DNA from: Phycisphaeraceae bacterium | GTDB lineage: Bacteria > Planctomycetota > Phycisphaerae > Phycisphaerales > Zrk34 | Length of the DNA: 64,000 bases | NCBI GenBank assembly: GCA_040905565.1 | Contig: JBBDRF010000021.1 | Span: 1 to 64,000, forward strand | Direction: 5' to 3' | Shown here: positions 62,799-64,000 of the stretch, in pieces | Numbering within the stretch: position 1 is the first letter of the stretch | Layout: each line of letters begins with the position of its first letter | Program-made: the position numbers and the translations under genes | The notes under the pieces: generated by a model | Seen by the model: the letters and a program-made list of their open reading frames with translations, nothing else | Told to the model about the DNA's origin: nothing | The model's database searches: none

Positions 62799-64000
<1,202 letters not shown>

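Overview
High-GC bacterial DNA with the gene content typical of Planctomycetota, probably Phycisphaerae-like (inferred from gene families). It contains five DUF1549/DUF1553 'planctomycete cytochrome c' + DUF1501 gene pairs and four closely related prepilin-type ([11 protein letters not shown]1559-like) genes. There are about ten Tat-exported sugar/redox enzymes, a vanadium-haloperoxidase-family gene paired with an FG-GAP/ASPIC-UnbV gene downstream of tRNA-His, and a ~1520-aa secreted orphan protein. The right half also holds housekeeping and transport genes (FKBP PPIase, Ca/Na antiporter, CDF transporter, GGDEF, pyk, gdhA). I found no CRISPR array, transposase, integrase or reverse transcriptase. 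Most notable: (i) the tandem prepilin-type pair is a mosaic, with a 304-bp 5' block differing at only 2 positions and a 3' part only ~87% identical, suggesting gene conversion or cassette shuffling; (ii) the cytochrome/DUF1501 modules each carry a different lectin-like central domain; (iii) the haloperoxidase-ASPIC/UnbV-prepilin cluster; (iv) a candidate structured RNA just downstream of tRNA-His. All family assignments come from motif recognition by eye, not database searches.
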